The notes under the pieces are model-generated. The model ran no database searches, had not been told where the DNA came from, and saw only the letters and a program-made list of their open reading frames with translations. The translations under genes and the position numbers were made by a program. This document shows, piece after piece, positions 1 to 9,057 of a stretch of 64,000 nt of DNA (within the stretch, counting starts at the first letter, position 1; every line of letters starts with the position of its first letter). Source of the stretch: Candidatus Bathyarchaeia archaeon (GTDB taxonomy: Archaea; Thermoproteota; Bathyarchaeia; Bathyarchaeales; Bathycorpusculaceae); assembly GCA_049516875.1 (NCBI GenBank), contig JBEKSS010000003.1, positions 96,001 through 160,000 of the forward strand, in the 5' to 3' direction.

Positions 1-15
1 GCTGTTGAAGATATA

Positions 16-597
16 GTGTTGAGTTTCAATAGGCAGTTCAAACATGAAGCCGACAAACTAGAAGCTCTCGGATATAAGATTGAGGCTGCCGCTTCGAGGA
101 CTGATGGTGCTGTGAGGAAAGCAGAAGAACTTGACGGAATGATGAGAGCCCTCGAAAGTAGAATTGCCACGGACTCAGAGGACAGAAGAAGTATGTCCAT
201 GCACTTGGCTGACCTTGAAAGAAAGGCGTCTGATTCTGTTGCATCGCAAGGGACAATTGCGTCCAAGATTGCCAGTCTGGAGGAACAGGCTAACCAGTTC
301 AGGCTAGCCCCTGAAACGCATTTTGAAGGTGTGATACCATTAAAGAGAGAAAAGGCCATGGCCCAGCTGACTGACACTGAAGTATCAGTTCTGGAGTTGC
401 TGGTTTCTGAAGGGGCTAAGACCGCGCCAGAAATCAAGGAAAGAGTCAAGCTCAGTCGGGAACACACCGCCCGACTGATGAAGAAGCTTTATGAGGAAGG
501 ATATTTGGAAAGGGAAACTGGGAAGATTCCATTCAAGTATACCGTCAAGAAAGAAATGGAGAAACTTTTGAAGAAAACCGAAAGCGAAGCAACGTGA
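16..597 (+). CDS. Coiled-coil protein with C-terminal winged HTH (MarR-like); probably 5'-truncated by the window edge
   Basis: Heptad-like N-terminus, then LTDTEVSVLELL...TAPEIKERVKLSREHTARLMKKLYEEGYLER wHTH pattern. Confidence 0.7.
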   Translation: MLSFNRQFKHEADKLEALGYKIEAAASRTDGAVRKAEELDGMMRALESRIATDSEDRRSMSMHLADLERKASDSVASQGTIASKIASLEEQANQFRLAPETHFEGVIPLKREKAMAQLTDTEVSVLELLVSEGAKTAPEIKERVKLSREHTARLMKKLYEEGYLERETGKIPFKYTVKKEMEKLLKKTESEAT

Positions 598-850
598 TCG
601 CGACTTTTTCTTGAAGTAATGTGCTGCAAGTGTAATAAGGGGCGGGTAGCTGATTTGTCACGAGCAAGGCTACAAGACATGTCGGCTTCTCACTAGTTGG
701 AAGAAGAACCCAATGCGGGTGCAAGGAGTAAGAGAGTTGCTCGATTCTCAACGAAGTGTGCGGTGTCGAGCATAAAGATTGCAGTCGTCTCGCAGGCCAA
801 TATGATTAACGGAGCCACGGGTTCTGACAGGAAACTCCATGGCAACTGAA

Positions 851-1279
851 TCAGGTCATCTTTTGTTTTACAGTTGCTTGTGGAACACCTTGCGTTGCCT
901 TATATCTCAGGTTGGTGGAAGACCCCGTTTTCAGGACCACTCCTTTCGTCGCCATCCTAGAAAGGTATGTAGCCACGGTGCTAAGACTTATGGGTTCTTT
1001 GAGTTCCTGTTCATAGACGGATTGGACTTCCCGCGAGGAAAACCAGACAACCGGAAAGTGCCTCTGGACGATGACCCGAACTTTATCGCACTTTGAAAGC
1101 TCGCTCCCCGGGACCATGGATCCGGCCCCAGGATTGCCACCGCCGGGCATTCCACCCAGCAACTCTACCAAGTCCAAGAGGCGCAAAGCCTTGTCCCTAG
1201 TCACTTGCCCCTCGAAACTTATCGAGTAGCGATTGCCCTCAGTGTCGAACAGATCCACGCGTATTTTTCTCGCAGGCAT
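851..1279 (-). CDS. Origin-adjacent hypothetical protein with C-terminal winged HTH
   Basis: ORF 851..1324, likely ATG at 1279 (MPARKIRV). C-terminal FSSREVQSVYEQELKEPISLSTVATYLSRMATKGVV is a wHTH pattern. Confidence 0.75.
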   Translation of the reverse strand: MPARKIRVDLFDTEGNRYSISFEGQVTRDKALRLLDLVELLGGMPGGGNPGAGSMVPGSELSKCDKVRVIVQRHFPVVWFSSREVQSVYEQELKEPISLSTVATYLSRMATKGVVLKTGSSTNLRYKATQGVPQATVKQKMT

Positions 1280-1303
1280 GAGTAGTGTGCACCTTAAGAT
1301 GGT

Positions 1304-1675
1304 GTTCACAATTTTACAGTTCACAAGTTATAGGTGTTACGGTGAATACTCTCACAGTAAAAACCAAGGAAAAGGCAGGACAACTGAAATAGAGCCTGAT
1401 GCGCAGTGCCCTTGGCGTCACAGCCGTCACACTGCTGCAAACAGAGCAGAGTTGACCTGGCTGGGCGCAGATGCGATTCTCCAGTAGAAAGCTAGGGGTG
1501 GCCTATTCACAAGAATAAGCCGTAAAGCAGTCAATAAATCAAGTAATAAGGCTGAGAAAGAGACATTACTGAGTCAAGTTCACAAGGTCTTCACAAAAAG
1601 TGAACGAGACAAGTGTTACTAGGGCGTGTATTAGTCGTTCTTTCCCAGTGTTATGTTGTAAATATATCAGTGAAC
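1304..1675. repeat. Clustered (G)TTCACA(A)/GTGAAC boxes in the origin region
   Basis: GTTCACAA at 1304, 1319 and 1578; TTCACAA at 1506 and 1590; TCACA at 1352, 1418 and 1427; inverted GTGAA(C) at 1342, 1600 and 1670. Confidence 0.6.
1479..1498 (+). promoter_or_regulatory. ORB element 1
   Basis: CTCCAGTAGAAAGCTAGGGG matches the archaeal ORB pattern TCCAxTGGAAA...GGGG. Confidence 0.8.
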
Positions 1676-1741
1676 ATCCGTGAGACTATATTGGTATACA
1701 AAACATCAACATTCATTCCAGGGAGTTTGGAGTGAGAGCCA

Positions 1742-1761
1742 CCCCTTGCTTTCCATTGGAG
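1742..1761 (-). promoter_or_regulatory. ORB element 2 (inverted)
   Basis: Reverse complement reads CTCCAATGGAAAGCAAGGGG. Confidence 0.8.
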
Positions 1762-1922
1762 AATGCTAGCGAGTTTCTTGGCGCCGCTTGTGTGTGCAAT
1801 TTTTTCTAGTGTGTATCTAAAATCTTTAACAGTGATCATTATAATAAGTTCAAGGTAGTTACCGTTCAGAGTATATTTCTTACAGAGAAAGAAATCAACA
1901 TTATTTTGAAAATTAAGACAGA

Positions 1923-1943
1923 GTTCCAGTAGAAATTGTGGGG
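1923..1943 (+). promoter_or_regulatory. ORB element 3
   Basis: GTTCCAGTAGAAATTGTGGGG. Confidence 0.8.
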
Positions 1944-2092
1944 CGTGTGCATGATTGAAAAGGATAGCGCCATAGTGAAGTTGCTTTTCTTTTAGGATCG
2001 TGGTGTTGTGCATTTAGTTTTCTGTATGACACAGCTTATTCCTCTACACAGGAAAGGGGGGTGTTGCCTTTGAAAACCGAGGAGGAGTTAGG

Positions 2093-3334
2093 ATGAGTGA
2101 TGTTGATGCTCTCAATGATGTTTTCGAGAGGTTTGTAAGTAACGCGAGGATTTTCAAGGATCGGGAAGTGTTGCGTCACGATTATCTTCCTGACAGACTT
2201 CCTCATCGAGAAGAACAGATTAGACGTCTCGGTGAAACTGTGGCTCCCGTGCTTAAGGGTGCGAGGGGCTCCAATCTATTCATTTATGGGAAAACAGGCA
2301 CAGGCAAAACGGCCGTGACAAGGTACGTGCTCAGTCACCTTGAGTTTAGAGCGAAGGAGTTCAACGCGCCCGTTAAGTTTTGTTACGTCAATTGTCGTAT
2401 GGCTGGATCTGACTATCGCGTCTTTGCGAGTCTGTGTCAAAGCATGGGTGTGTCTATTCCTTTCACGGGTTTGTCTGTCGGTGAGGTGTTTGATAGGTTC
2501 AGGGCTGGGCTTGATGTTTCAAGGGTCATCCTCATCATCGTGTTGGACGAGGCTGACGCGCTGGTCAAGGCCCGCGGTGATCGTCTTCTCTACGAGTTAA
2601 CGAGGATAAATGAAACCCTGGGCAAAAGCAAGGTGACCCTTATCGGCATTTCAAATGACCTTCGGTTCAAGGAGTTTCTCGACCCTCGAGTGCTCAGTTC
2701 GCTCAGTGAAGAGGAGATTGTTTTCAGGCCTTACGATGCCAGCGAGCTGAGGAACATCCTTTCGGAACGTGCGAGGACAGCTTTTTGCGATAATGCGCTG
2801 TCTGACGCTGCTCTTGGTCTCTGTGCTGCATTAGCCGCCGCTGAGCATGGGGATGCAAGGCGAGCCCTGGATCTGCTGCGTGTGGCCGGCGAAGTTGCGG
2901 AGCGAAAGGGAGCGAGTGTCGTTGTCGAGGAACACGTGCGCGACGCTGAGAGGCATATTGAGCATAACCGCGTGTTCGAAGGGCTTCAGAATCTGACCTT
3001 GCACTCTAAGCTTGTCGTTTTGAGCGTTTATCACCTGAGCAGGGCAAACGTCAGCGGCGCGATTACTGGTGAAATCTCCGAAATATATGATGAACTGTGT
3101 GCTGAACTGGGCGTCACGCCCCTGACACAACGTCGGTTGAGCACATTGGTGAACGAGCTTGATGCCATGGGATTGGTCAATGCGAAGGTTGTGAGCATGG
3201 GGAGATATGGTCGTACAAAGAAGATAAGGTTAGAGATTCAACGAAGCACTGTCAAAGATGTGTTTGCTGGCGACAGCAGGCTCGGGCGTCTAATCGAGTA
3301 TAGTGCAAAATGCCTCTCAAAGCATACCAACTGA
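2093..3334 (+). CDS. cdc6: Orc1/Cdc6 replication initiator
   Basis: Walker A GKTGTGKT, Walker B VLDEAD, GDARRALDLLR, C-terminal wHTH with GRYGRT; SD GGAGG upstream. Confidence 0.97.
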   Translation: MSDVDALNDVFERFVSNARIFKDREVLRHDYLPDRLPHREEQIRRLGETVAPVLKGARGSNLFIYGKTGTGKTAVTRYVLSHLEFRAKEFNAPVKFCYVNCRMAGSDYRVFASLCQSMGVSIPFTGLSVGEVFDRFRAGLDVSRVILIIVLDEADALVKARGDRLLYELTRINETLGKSKVTLIGISNDLRFKEFLDPRVLSSLSEEEIVFRPYDASELRNILSERARTAFCDNALSDAALGLCAALAAAEHGDARRALDLLRVAGEVAERKGASVVVEEHVRDAERHIEHNRVFEGLQNLTLHSKLVVLSVYHLSRANVSGAITGEISEIYDELCAELGVTPLTQRRLSTLVNELDAMGLVNAKVVSMGRYGRTKKIRLEIQRSTVKDVFAGDSRLGRLIEYSAKCLSKHTN

Positions 3335-3405
3335 AACATGAAAGTGAGCTAAAAGCTACGAATCGAGAGCAAATGTTGGGACCGCGCTCGAAAAAGTCTA
3401 GGCTC

Positions 3406-4971
3406 TCACGCGAATGGAATGACTGTGACTTCCATGGATTGGAGGTTCACGACTGGAACCTTAGCCGGTGTTGGTGTAAAGTTGTTTCTCCGCATGTAGT
3501 CTGTTTGTTCTTGCCAACATCCTGAGTTCACAATCAAGACGCCACGGTAGTTAGCGTACTCTAGCGCGTGCACATGCCCAGCATGGAAAATGTCCGGGAC
3601 TCGCTGGATTACAAGCGGGTCCCTGTTTTCGGGCGATAAGGGTGTTTTCCCTCCATATAGTGGTGCCAAGTGACGGCTTTGCAAAAGCAGTCTCATCGCT
3701 TTCTCAGGGTGGCTGTGGGTCATATCTGGCACCGTTGAAATTACATCGTCCAAGCTGCGCCCATGGAATACTAAGATCTCTACACCGTGGAGGCTGAGAG
3801 TGCATGGACTGCCCAGAGAATAGACTTTTCTTGACTCCTGCAGACTTTCAAGGAAGGTGTTTGCTATTGCTGGTTGAGGTAGGGCTTTTCTCGGAGCATC
3901 GTGGTTTCCCGGCGTGACGATTACTTCTATGTAGTCTGGGATTTGTTCAAGGTACTTGGAAGCGAGCCTGTACTGTTTGTGCACGTCCCTGATGGCCAAC
4001 TCTCTTACCTGGTTGGGATACACTCCCACACCGTCAACGATGTCGCCTGCTATCAAGACGTATTTGACGTGACTTGCAATTTCTCTTGTCTTTTCGTTGC
4101 CGTATTTACCGTTAAGCCACAGTATGAAACGGTCAAAGGCTTCTCGCGTGAATTTCGTGCTGCCCACATGCATGTCTGAGGTAAGGACTGCGTAGACTGG
4201 TACCAGAGCTTTGTGTGGGGTTTTTTGGGCTACGTCTGGTAGGATGATGTCTTCAGCGATGAGCAGGTTGCTTCTTGTTTTTACCACGCCCAAGCAGACA
4301 GTCTGATCGAGCATAAGGAACCGTGCCTTTTTCTGGAGGTCGGATGATGCGTCCTGGGGCACAAGCACGACCATGCTTGCCGTTAAATCCTCGACCGTGA
4401 GTATTATCTTCTGTTTCGACTCTCTCTTTTCGGTTATCATACCGATTATTTTGAGTCTTGTCCCTGACTGGGCCCTCAGTGCATCCATGACCGACGCGGC
4501 GCTTTTCACGTCCATCCTCTGTCTGAGCAGTTTCTCCGTCTGTCTGAACCTGTCTTGGAAATATTCTAGGAAGTCTTCGATTGTTCCGTTTGAGCTCAGT
4601 TTAGTGCTTGGGTCGTCAATTATGTTGATGCTTGCGTCAACATCTTTTGCGTAGGGGTGGAAGGGCATCTTGTCTTCTGTTATTTGTGGCGTTTGTTGTC
4701 CTATCTGTGGTTGGGAGCGGTTTTGTGAGGGTTCGCTGATGATTTCTTTTGTCGGTTTCTCCGTTTCAATTATCTGTTCTAAGAAATTCCTTTCGATGAA
4801 GAATGGTCTTTCTCCGAGTTCTTCTAGCTGTTTGATTGCTTTGCTCATGACTTCCGCTGGGTCTTCCGTCGCCATTATTATGTTTAGGAATTCGAAGGCT
4901 TCTTTATTTAGCTGGTATCCTGCCGCAAGGGTTAATTTCACAGCTTTTTGCAGTTTTTCTGCTTCGCTCAC
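3406..4971 (-). CDS. polB: DNA polymerase D small (proofreading) subunit DP1
   Basis: OB fold plus calcineurin-like motifs SDMHVGS, GDIVDG, GNHD, HGRSLDD and HAGHVH. Confidence 0.95.
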   Translation of the reverse strand: MSEAEKLQKAVKLTLAAGYQLNKEAFEFLNIIMATEDPAEVMSKAIKQLEELGERPFFIERNFLEQIIETEKPTKEIISEPSQNRSQPQIGQQTPQITEDKMPFHPYAKDVDASINIIDDPSTKLSSNGTIEDFLEYFQDRFRQTEKLLRQRMDVKSAASVMDALRAQSGTRLKIIGMITEKRESKQKIILTVEDLTASMVVLVPQDASSDLQKKARFLMLDQTVCLGVVKTRSNLLIAEDIILPDVAQKTPHKALVPVYAVLTSDMHVGSTKFTREAFDRFILWLNGKYGNEKTREIASHVKYVLIAGDIVDGVGVYPNQVRELAIRDVHKQYRLASKYLEQIPDYIEVIVTPGNHDAPRKALPQPAIANTFLESLQESRKVYSLGSPCTLSLHGVEILVFHGRSLDDVISTVPDMTHSHPEKAMRLLLQSRHLAPLYGGKTPLSPENRDPLVIQRVPDIFHAGHVHALEYANYRGVLIVNSGCWQEQTDYMRRNNFTPTPAKVPVVNLQSMEVTVIPFA

Positions 4972-5425
4972 ACTCTGAGTTCTCCATTCTTGCTTTCTGG
5001 CGACTACTACGAAGCCTTCTTCCTCGCCCCGTTATAGCCTCTATTCGGCTCAGCAGATGCAGATATTCCGTCAACGCGGCTGTTTCGTCGTCTCTCATGA
5101 GAGAGAACGCGTTCTTTTCGGGGCGGATGACTTCTATTGTTCTGTATCCTTTTTCTTCTATTAACATGTTTAGCTTTGCAGCGCGCATCGTTAATTTCGC
5201 CATTGCTGTGAGTCTCGGTGGTATCTGGATAGGTTAAGCTTGATTTTCAGGTATCTGTTTCTCTAGAGTGTCACATCTGTTGGGTTTTCTGTTTTTCGAG
5301 TTAGACATGTGCCGATTATACTTCGGCTCTTCAGTTGTAACATCAATACATTAATCTATACGTCCGGTTTCTTGTTCAGACGTCTAAATCCTCCTATATC
5401 GAGAATCTCATGGTTGGTGATATTC

Positions 5426-6409
5426 ATGAGTGAAATGCGCAAGGTGCAACGTACTCCAGGTGGAACTTTTTTCGTGTGCCTGCCAAAGTCTTGGGCTGAG
5501 CAGTACGGCTTGAAGAAGGGATCAATTCTCGCTCTGAGCGAGACCGGTGACGGTAAGCTCCTTATAGACACTAAACACGGTGTTGAGCCTTCGCCGCGAG
5601 TTGTCACCTTGAAACCCGGACCCTATTTAGGTCGTGAAATCATAGGAACCTACCTGCTTGGTTTTGATGTAATTCGCATTGAGGGAAAAGAACGCATTAG
5701 CTTTGAGATGCGTGACATTATTAAGAGTGCGGTTAGCCACCTAGTCGGACTGGAAATAGTTGAGGAGGATTATGCCAGCATCGTTCTACAGTGTTTGTTG
5801 GAACCTTCAGGTTTTCCGCCCGAAAAGATTCTGCGCCGTGGATACACTATTGCTGCTAGTATGCACAGAGACGTTGCCAAAGCTTTCGTCGATGGCGATG
5901 TTCCGTTGGCGAAGAGCGTAATGGCAAGGGATGACGAAGGCAACAGACTCTACTTCCTTCTTGTTCGTATTCTTCGGACGATAATTCAGAACCCACGCCT
6001 GAGTGAAAAACTGGGTGTCGGCCCGATTGAATGCTTGGATTACCGCTTGGCCGCGAGCCTTGTGGAAGCGATTGGCGACGAGTGCGTGCGCGTATCCATG
6101 AAAACGGTTGAATTAGACGGTGAGAAACTGGACGAAAACCTAAGGAAACAGTTTCTAGCTTTTGACGCGATTTGCTTCGGGGCTCATGAAGACGCTCTAA
6201 CGGCTTTTTTAACGGGCGCCATAGATCTGGCAGAGAAAGTTCGGGGGACGCGAGACAAGATTGAGAAAGAGTTTGCCAAAATCGAAGAAGTTGCTAGAGC
6301 ACAGTCACTTGACATTGTGACCCAAATATTATCAGCAGCCTCATTTCTGAGACAAATCTATGAGCACAGCGTGGACATAGCTGACTTGGCGGTTCCCAAA
6401 AAATCTTAG
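5426..6409 (+). CDS. AbrB-PhoU family phosphate uptake regulator
   Basis: RKVQRTPGGTFFVCLPKSW AbrB N-terminus and two PhoU repeats (RDDE..RLYFL); likely ATG at 5426. Confidence 0.9.
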   Translation: MSEMRKVQRTPGGTFFVCLPKSWAEQYGLKKGSILALSETGDGKLLIDTKHGVEPSPRVVTLKPGPYLGREIIGTYLLGFDVIRIEGKERISFEMRDIIKSAVSHLVGLEIVEEDYASIVLQCLLEPSGFPPEKILRRGYTIAASMHRDVAKAFVDGDVPLAKSVMARDDEGNRLYFLLVRILRTIIQNPRLSEKLGVGPIECLDYRLAASLVEAIGDECVRVSMKTVELDGEKLDENLRKQFLAFDAICFGAHEDALTAFLTGAIDLAEKVRGTRDKIEKEFAKIEEVARAQSLDIVTQILSAASFLRQIYEHSVDIADLAVPKKS

Positions 6410-6420
6410 GGGTGTTCTTC

Positions 6421-7641
6421 CTAAGAGGGAAGCTTGTCTACTTTTTGTGGCTGTTTTGCAAGTGAAACTTTTTCCCCTAGCCTCAATTCATCAGTATACT
6501 GAACTTCGCCGTACACGTCACAGTGGGATTCGATTGTGATTCTCTGTCCGTAGATGTTGTTCGCGCTTGCACCTGTCCGCAGAAGGATTTCTTTTCCATA
6601 GACATTTTCTGCACGCGCATCCCTGTCGATGACGACTACGTCTGCGTGTATGGGGCCGTGTACTTCGCCTCTCCTTCCTATTTCGACGACGCGCGCAGTC
6701 ACACCTTCGCTCGTGGTGATTGAACCACCGACTTCCACGCGCTCCTCTGCTGCGATTTTGCGTGCGCGGACTGTTCCACCGATCTCGATGTCTCTTGTTG
6801 CGATATCATCACTGACACTTACTCTTCCTCCTACCTCCAGCCTTCCTGAGAGCTTTAGGGAGCCGTCGATGTCAACTTCGCCTCCAACTTCCATATGGCA
6901 ACCTTGAGTCAAGCCTGCTATCTCGACAGTTCCTCCCACGTCGATTTCCTCAAACTCCAAGTCCCCGTCAACCCTGAATGAACCTCCGACATCTATCTCG
7001 CCTCCTTTGTTCTTCCCGGCGAGCCTTACCGTGCCGCCTACGTCTATTTCCTCAAATTCCAGAGGGCTAACCGACTCAAAAGTGCCGCCTACGTCTATTT
7101 CACGAATTCTTCCTCCCGTGACCCTCGCAGTGCCTCCTACTTCCAAGCTTTTAACATCTGCCTTGGATCTTATTGTGAGACTTCCTCCTACCTCGATGCT
7201 CTCTGCAGTAACTTCACCTTTCGCTTCAAAGGCGCCACCGATTTCTACGTCTTCAGCCTTCACGTTTCCATCAACCTTCAAGCTCCCTCCCACTTCAACT
7301 TTCCCAACAGAGAGGCTTTTGCTCACATGCAAGGTGTCGTCGACGTCAATGTCGCTTGCGGTCATGTTCCCGTCGACCTCCAGACTGCCATCTTCAACTT
7401 CAACCTCATCTCTTATTTCTAGGTCTCCGTGAACTGTCACGCTGTTTTCGGCTTCAAGGTTTTCCGCGGACAGGCTGCATTCGAAGGTGTCATCTCCTTC
7501 ACAATAAACGGTGCCAGAGACCGTTACTCTGGGTTGTGGAGGAGACCCTTTCACGGTTACATGTCGTCCGATTTCAAGGTCTCCGTTCACGTTGTCTAGT
7601 GTAAGTGTGCTTCTTGAAGGAACCGATGTCCTGTTAGTCAT
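6421..7641 (-). CDS. Long bactofilin-like beta-helix repeat protein (YhbE/YhbF-type)
   Basis: More than 10 repeats of about 17 aa (E/D-V/I-GG); C-terminus resembles the YhbE/F tail; likely ATG at 7641. Confidence 0.75.
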   Translation of the reverse strand: MTNRTSVPSRSTLTLDNVNGDLEIGRHVTVKGSPPQPRVTVSGTVYCEGDDTFECSLSAENLEAENSVTVHGDLEIRDEVEVEDGSLEVDGNMTASDIDVDDTLHVSKSLSVGKVEVGGSLKVDGNVKAEDVEIGGAFEAKGEVTAESIEVGGSLTIRSKADVKSLEVGGTARVTGGRIREIDVGGTFESVSPLEFEEIDVGGTVRLAGKNKGGEIDVGGSFRVDGDLEFEEIDVGGTVEIAGLTQGCHMEVGGEVDIDGSLKLSGRLEVGGRVSVSDDIATRDIEIGGTVRARKIAAEERVEVGGSITTSEGVTARVVEIGRRGEVHGPIHADVVVIDRDARAENVYGKEILLRTGASANNIYGQRITIESHCDVYGEVQYTDELRLGEKVSLAKQPQKVDKLPS

Positions 7642-7712
7642 TTCACACCCTCCATATTGGACATGCTGTACCACTTTAAAAGGGGCACTCACATTTGGTG
7701 ACTAGTAGCTCC

Positions 7713-7955
7713 TCATTGAAGCATCTGCATTCTTCTGAGGGAGACTTCTGCTTCTTTGAACACTGCAAATCCATGGTATGCTGTGGAATCGTGAATACTT
7801 CCGTACGTAGTGCAGGATGCAGATTCGTTTACACGATGATTGAGTCCTAGGATGTTGCGGACGATGCCCAACAGTCCAGTTCCGTGAGCGATTTTATTGC
7901 TATCTCTCCCGCTCCAACCCATTCTGCTTCTAACATGTCTTGCCATTCTTACCAC
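7713..7955 (-). CDS. Small hypothetical protein
   Basis: 80 aa ORF in an intergenic gap with GAGGTG near the start. Confidence 0.35.
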   Translation of the reverse strand: MVRMARHVRSRMGWSGRDSNKIAHGTGLLGIVRNILGLNHRVNESASCTTYGSIHDSTAYHGFAVFKEAEVSLRRMQMLQ

Positions 7956-8265
7956 CTCGTTTCTTTGTTGAAGATGAGTAAGCCATCGGAGCCCTTAAAA
8001 GGCGACGCACATGAGGAGAACACGTTTTGTAGTCACAAGCTGTCTGGGTGGCGCGCGCTTAGGGGAACTATGCGGCAGATTTCGTTTGGGCTGGTCTCTT
8101 TTTTTATGTGTTGAACACATTATTCGAAAGACATATTGGCAACTTGAGTAAATAGCGTAGAGTTGGGAAAGCACGGTGAAAGTTTCAACGCAACCTTTCT
8201 CTTCAGATTTTCATGACGAATTCCCACTGCCTTTAGAAAGCAGACGTGAGGCTGAACCCTTCAAG

Positions 8266-9057
8266 ATGGCTGTCAATTGTTTGGTTTCGGACTATGATGG
8301 AACCATAAGTCCATTGGACGTTCCCAGAAGCAAATCAAGAGTCCCCGAGAAAACACGTATAATGCTTCAAAAAATAGGGAGACTCATTCCCGTAGTTATT
8401 GTTACCACGAAGGACCTTGCATTTGTTACTGCGAGAACGCCATTCGTTTATTCATGGTCAGCAGTAAGCGGGCTAGAAAGAAAGATAGGTGACACGATTC
8501 AGAAAAGACGAGGTTATGGACACAAGCTAAGAAATGTTTCCTTGGCTATCGAATATGCGAAATCACACATAACTGACACTGGAGTTGAAATTGAAGAAAA
8601 ACGCAACATGAATCACCGTTCAATTGCCTTCTGTGTAGACTGGCGTCAAGCCAAAGACGCTGTGACAGCGATGAAGGAGTCAGACGCAGTCGCGGACCAT
8701 TGCAAGTCGTTGGGCTTGAAGCTGATTAGGCATGGGTGTCAGCCTTTTTTTGACGTGTATCCCGTGTCCATTGACAAAGGTGTAGCCCTTAAAGAGATGC
8801 TGAAAGAATTGAAGTTGAAAAACGGGGTTCTTTATCTCGGAGACTCGGAGGCAGATAACCCTGCCTTCGAAGCATCGGATGTCAGTGTGGGAGTAATCAA
8901 TACGAAGACTTGCCTGCAAAAGTTGGTTTGCGATTACGTCGTGAAGTTTGAAGATGTTTCCCTTTTTCTGAGCAGGCTTCTGGCAAATAATCTTATGTTC
9001 GATTCGGGTTTTCCTATGATCCGAGCTAATCTTGAAGAGATGAGGCAGAGTGCATAA
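8266..9057 (+). CDS. HAD-IIB hydrolase, trehalose-6-phosphate phosphatase-like
   Basis: Motif I DYDGTISP, DKGVAL and motif IV GDSEADNPAF. Confidence 0.85.
   Translation: MAVNCLVSDYDGTISPLDVPRSKSRVPEKTRIMLQKIGRLIPVVIVTTKDLAFVTARTPFVYSWSAVSGLERKIGDTIQKRRGYGHKLRNVSLAIEYAKSHITDTGVEIEEKRNMNHRSIAFCVDWRQAKDAVTAMKESDAVADHCKSLGLKLIRHGCQPFFDVYPVSIDKGVALKEMLKELKLKNGVLYLGDSEADNPAFEASDVSVGVINTKTCLQKLVCDYVVKFEDVSLFLSRLLANNLMFDSGFPMIRANLEEMRQSA

Larger units (their letters stand above)
1325..2092. other. Probable replication origin (oriC)
   Basis: About 770 bp AT-rich non-coding gap directly upstream of cdc6/orc1, containing three ORB-like boxes with G-strings. Confidence 0.85.

Noticed and set aside
1651-2013. 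120-aa minus-strand ORF inside the origin
   Set aside because: Overlaps ORB2 and ORB3 in AT-rich DNA and has no recognisable motifs; likely spurious
4904-5203. 99-aa ORF upstream of DP1
   Set aside because: Overlaps DP1 by 68 nt and has no recognisable domain; cannot be supported
6700-7320. Periodic DNA similarity suggesting a CRISPR or tandem array
   Set aside because: Explained by protein-level VGG repeats with synonymous variation
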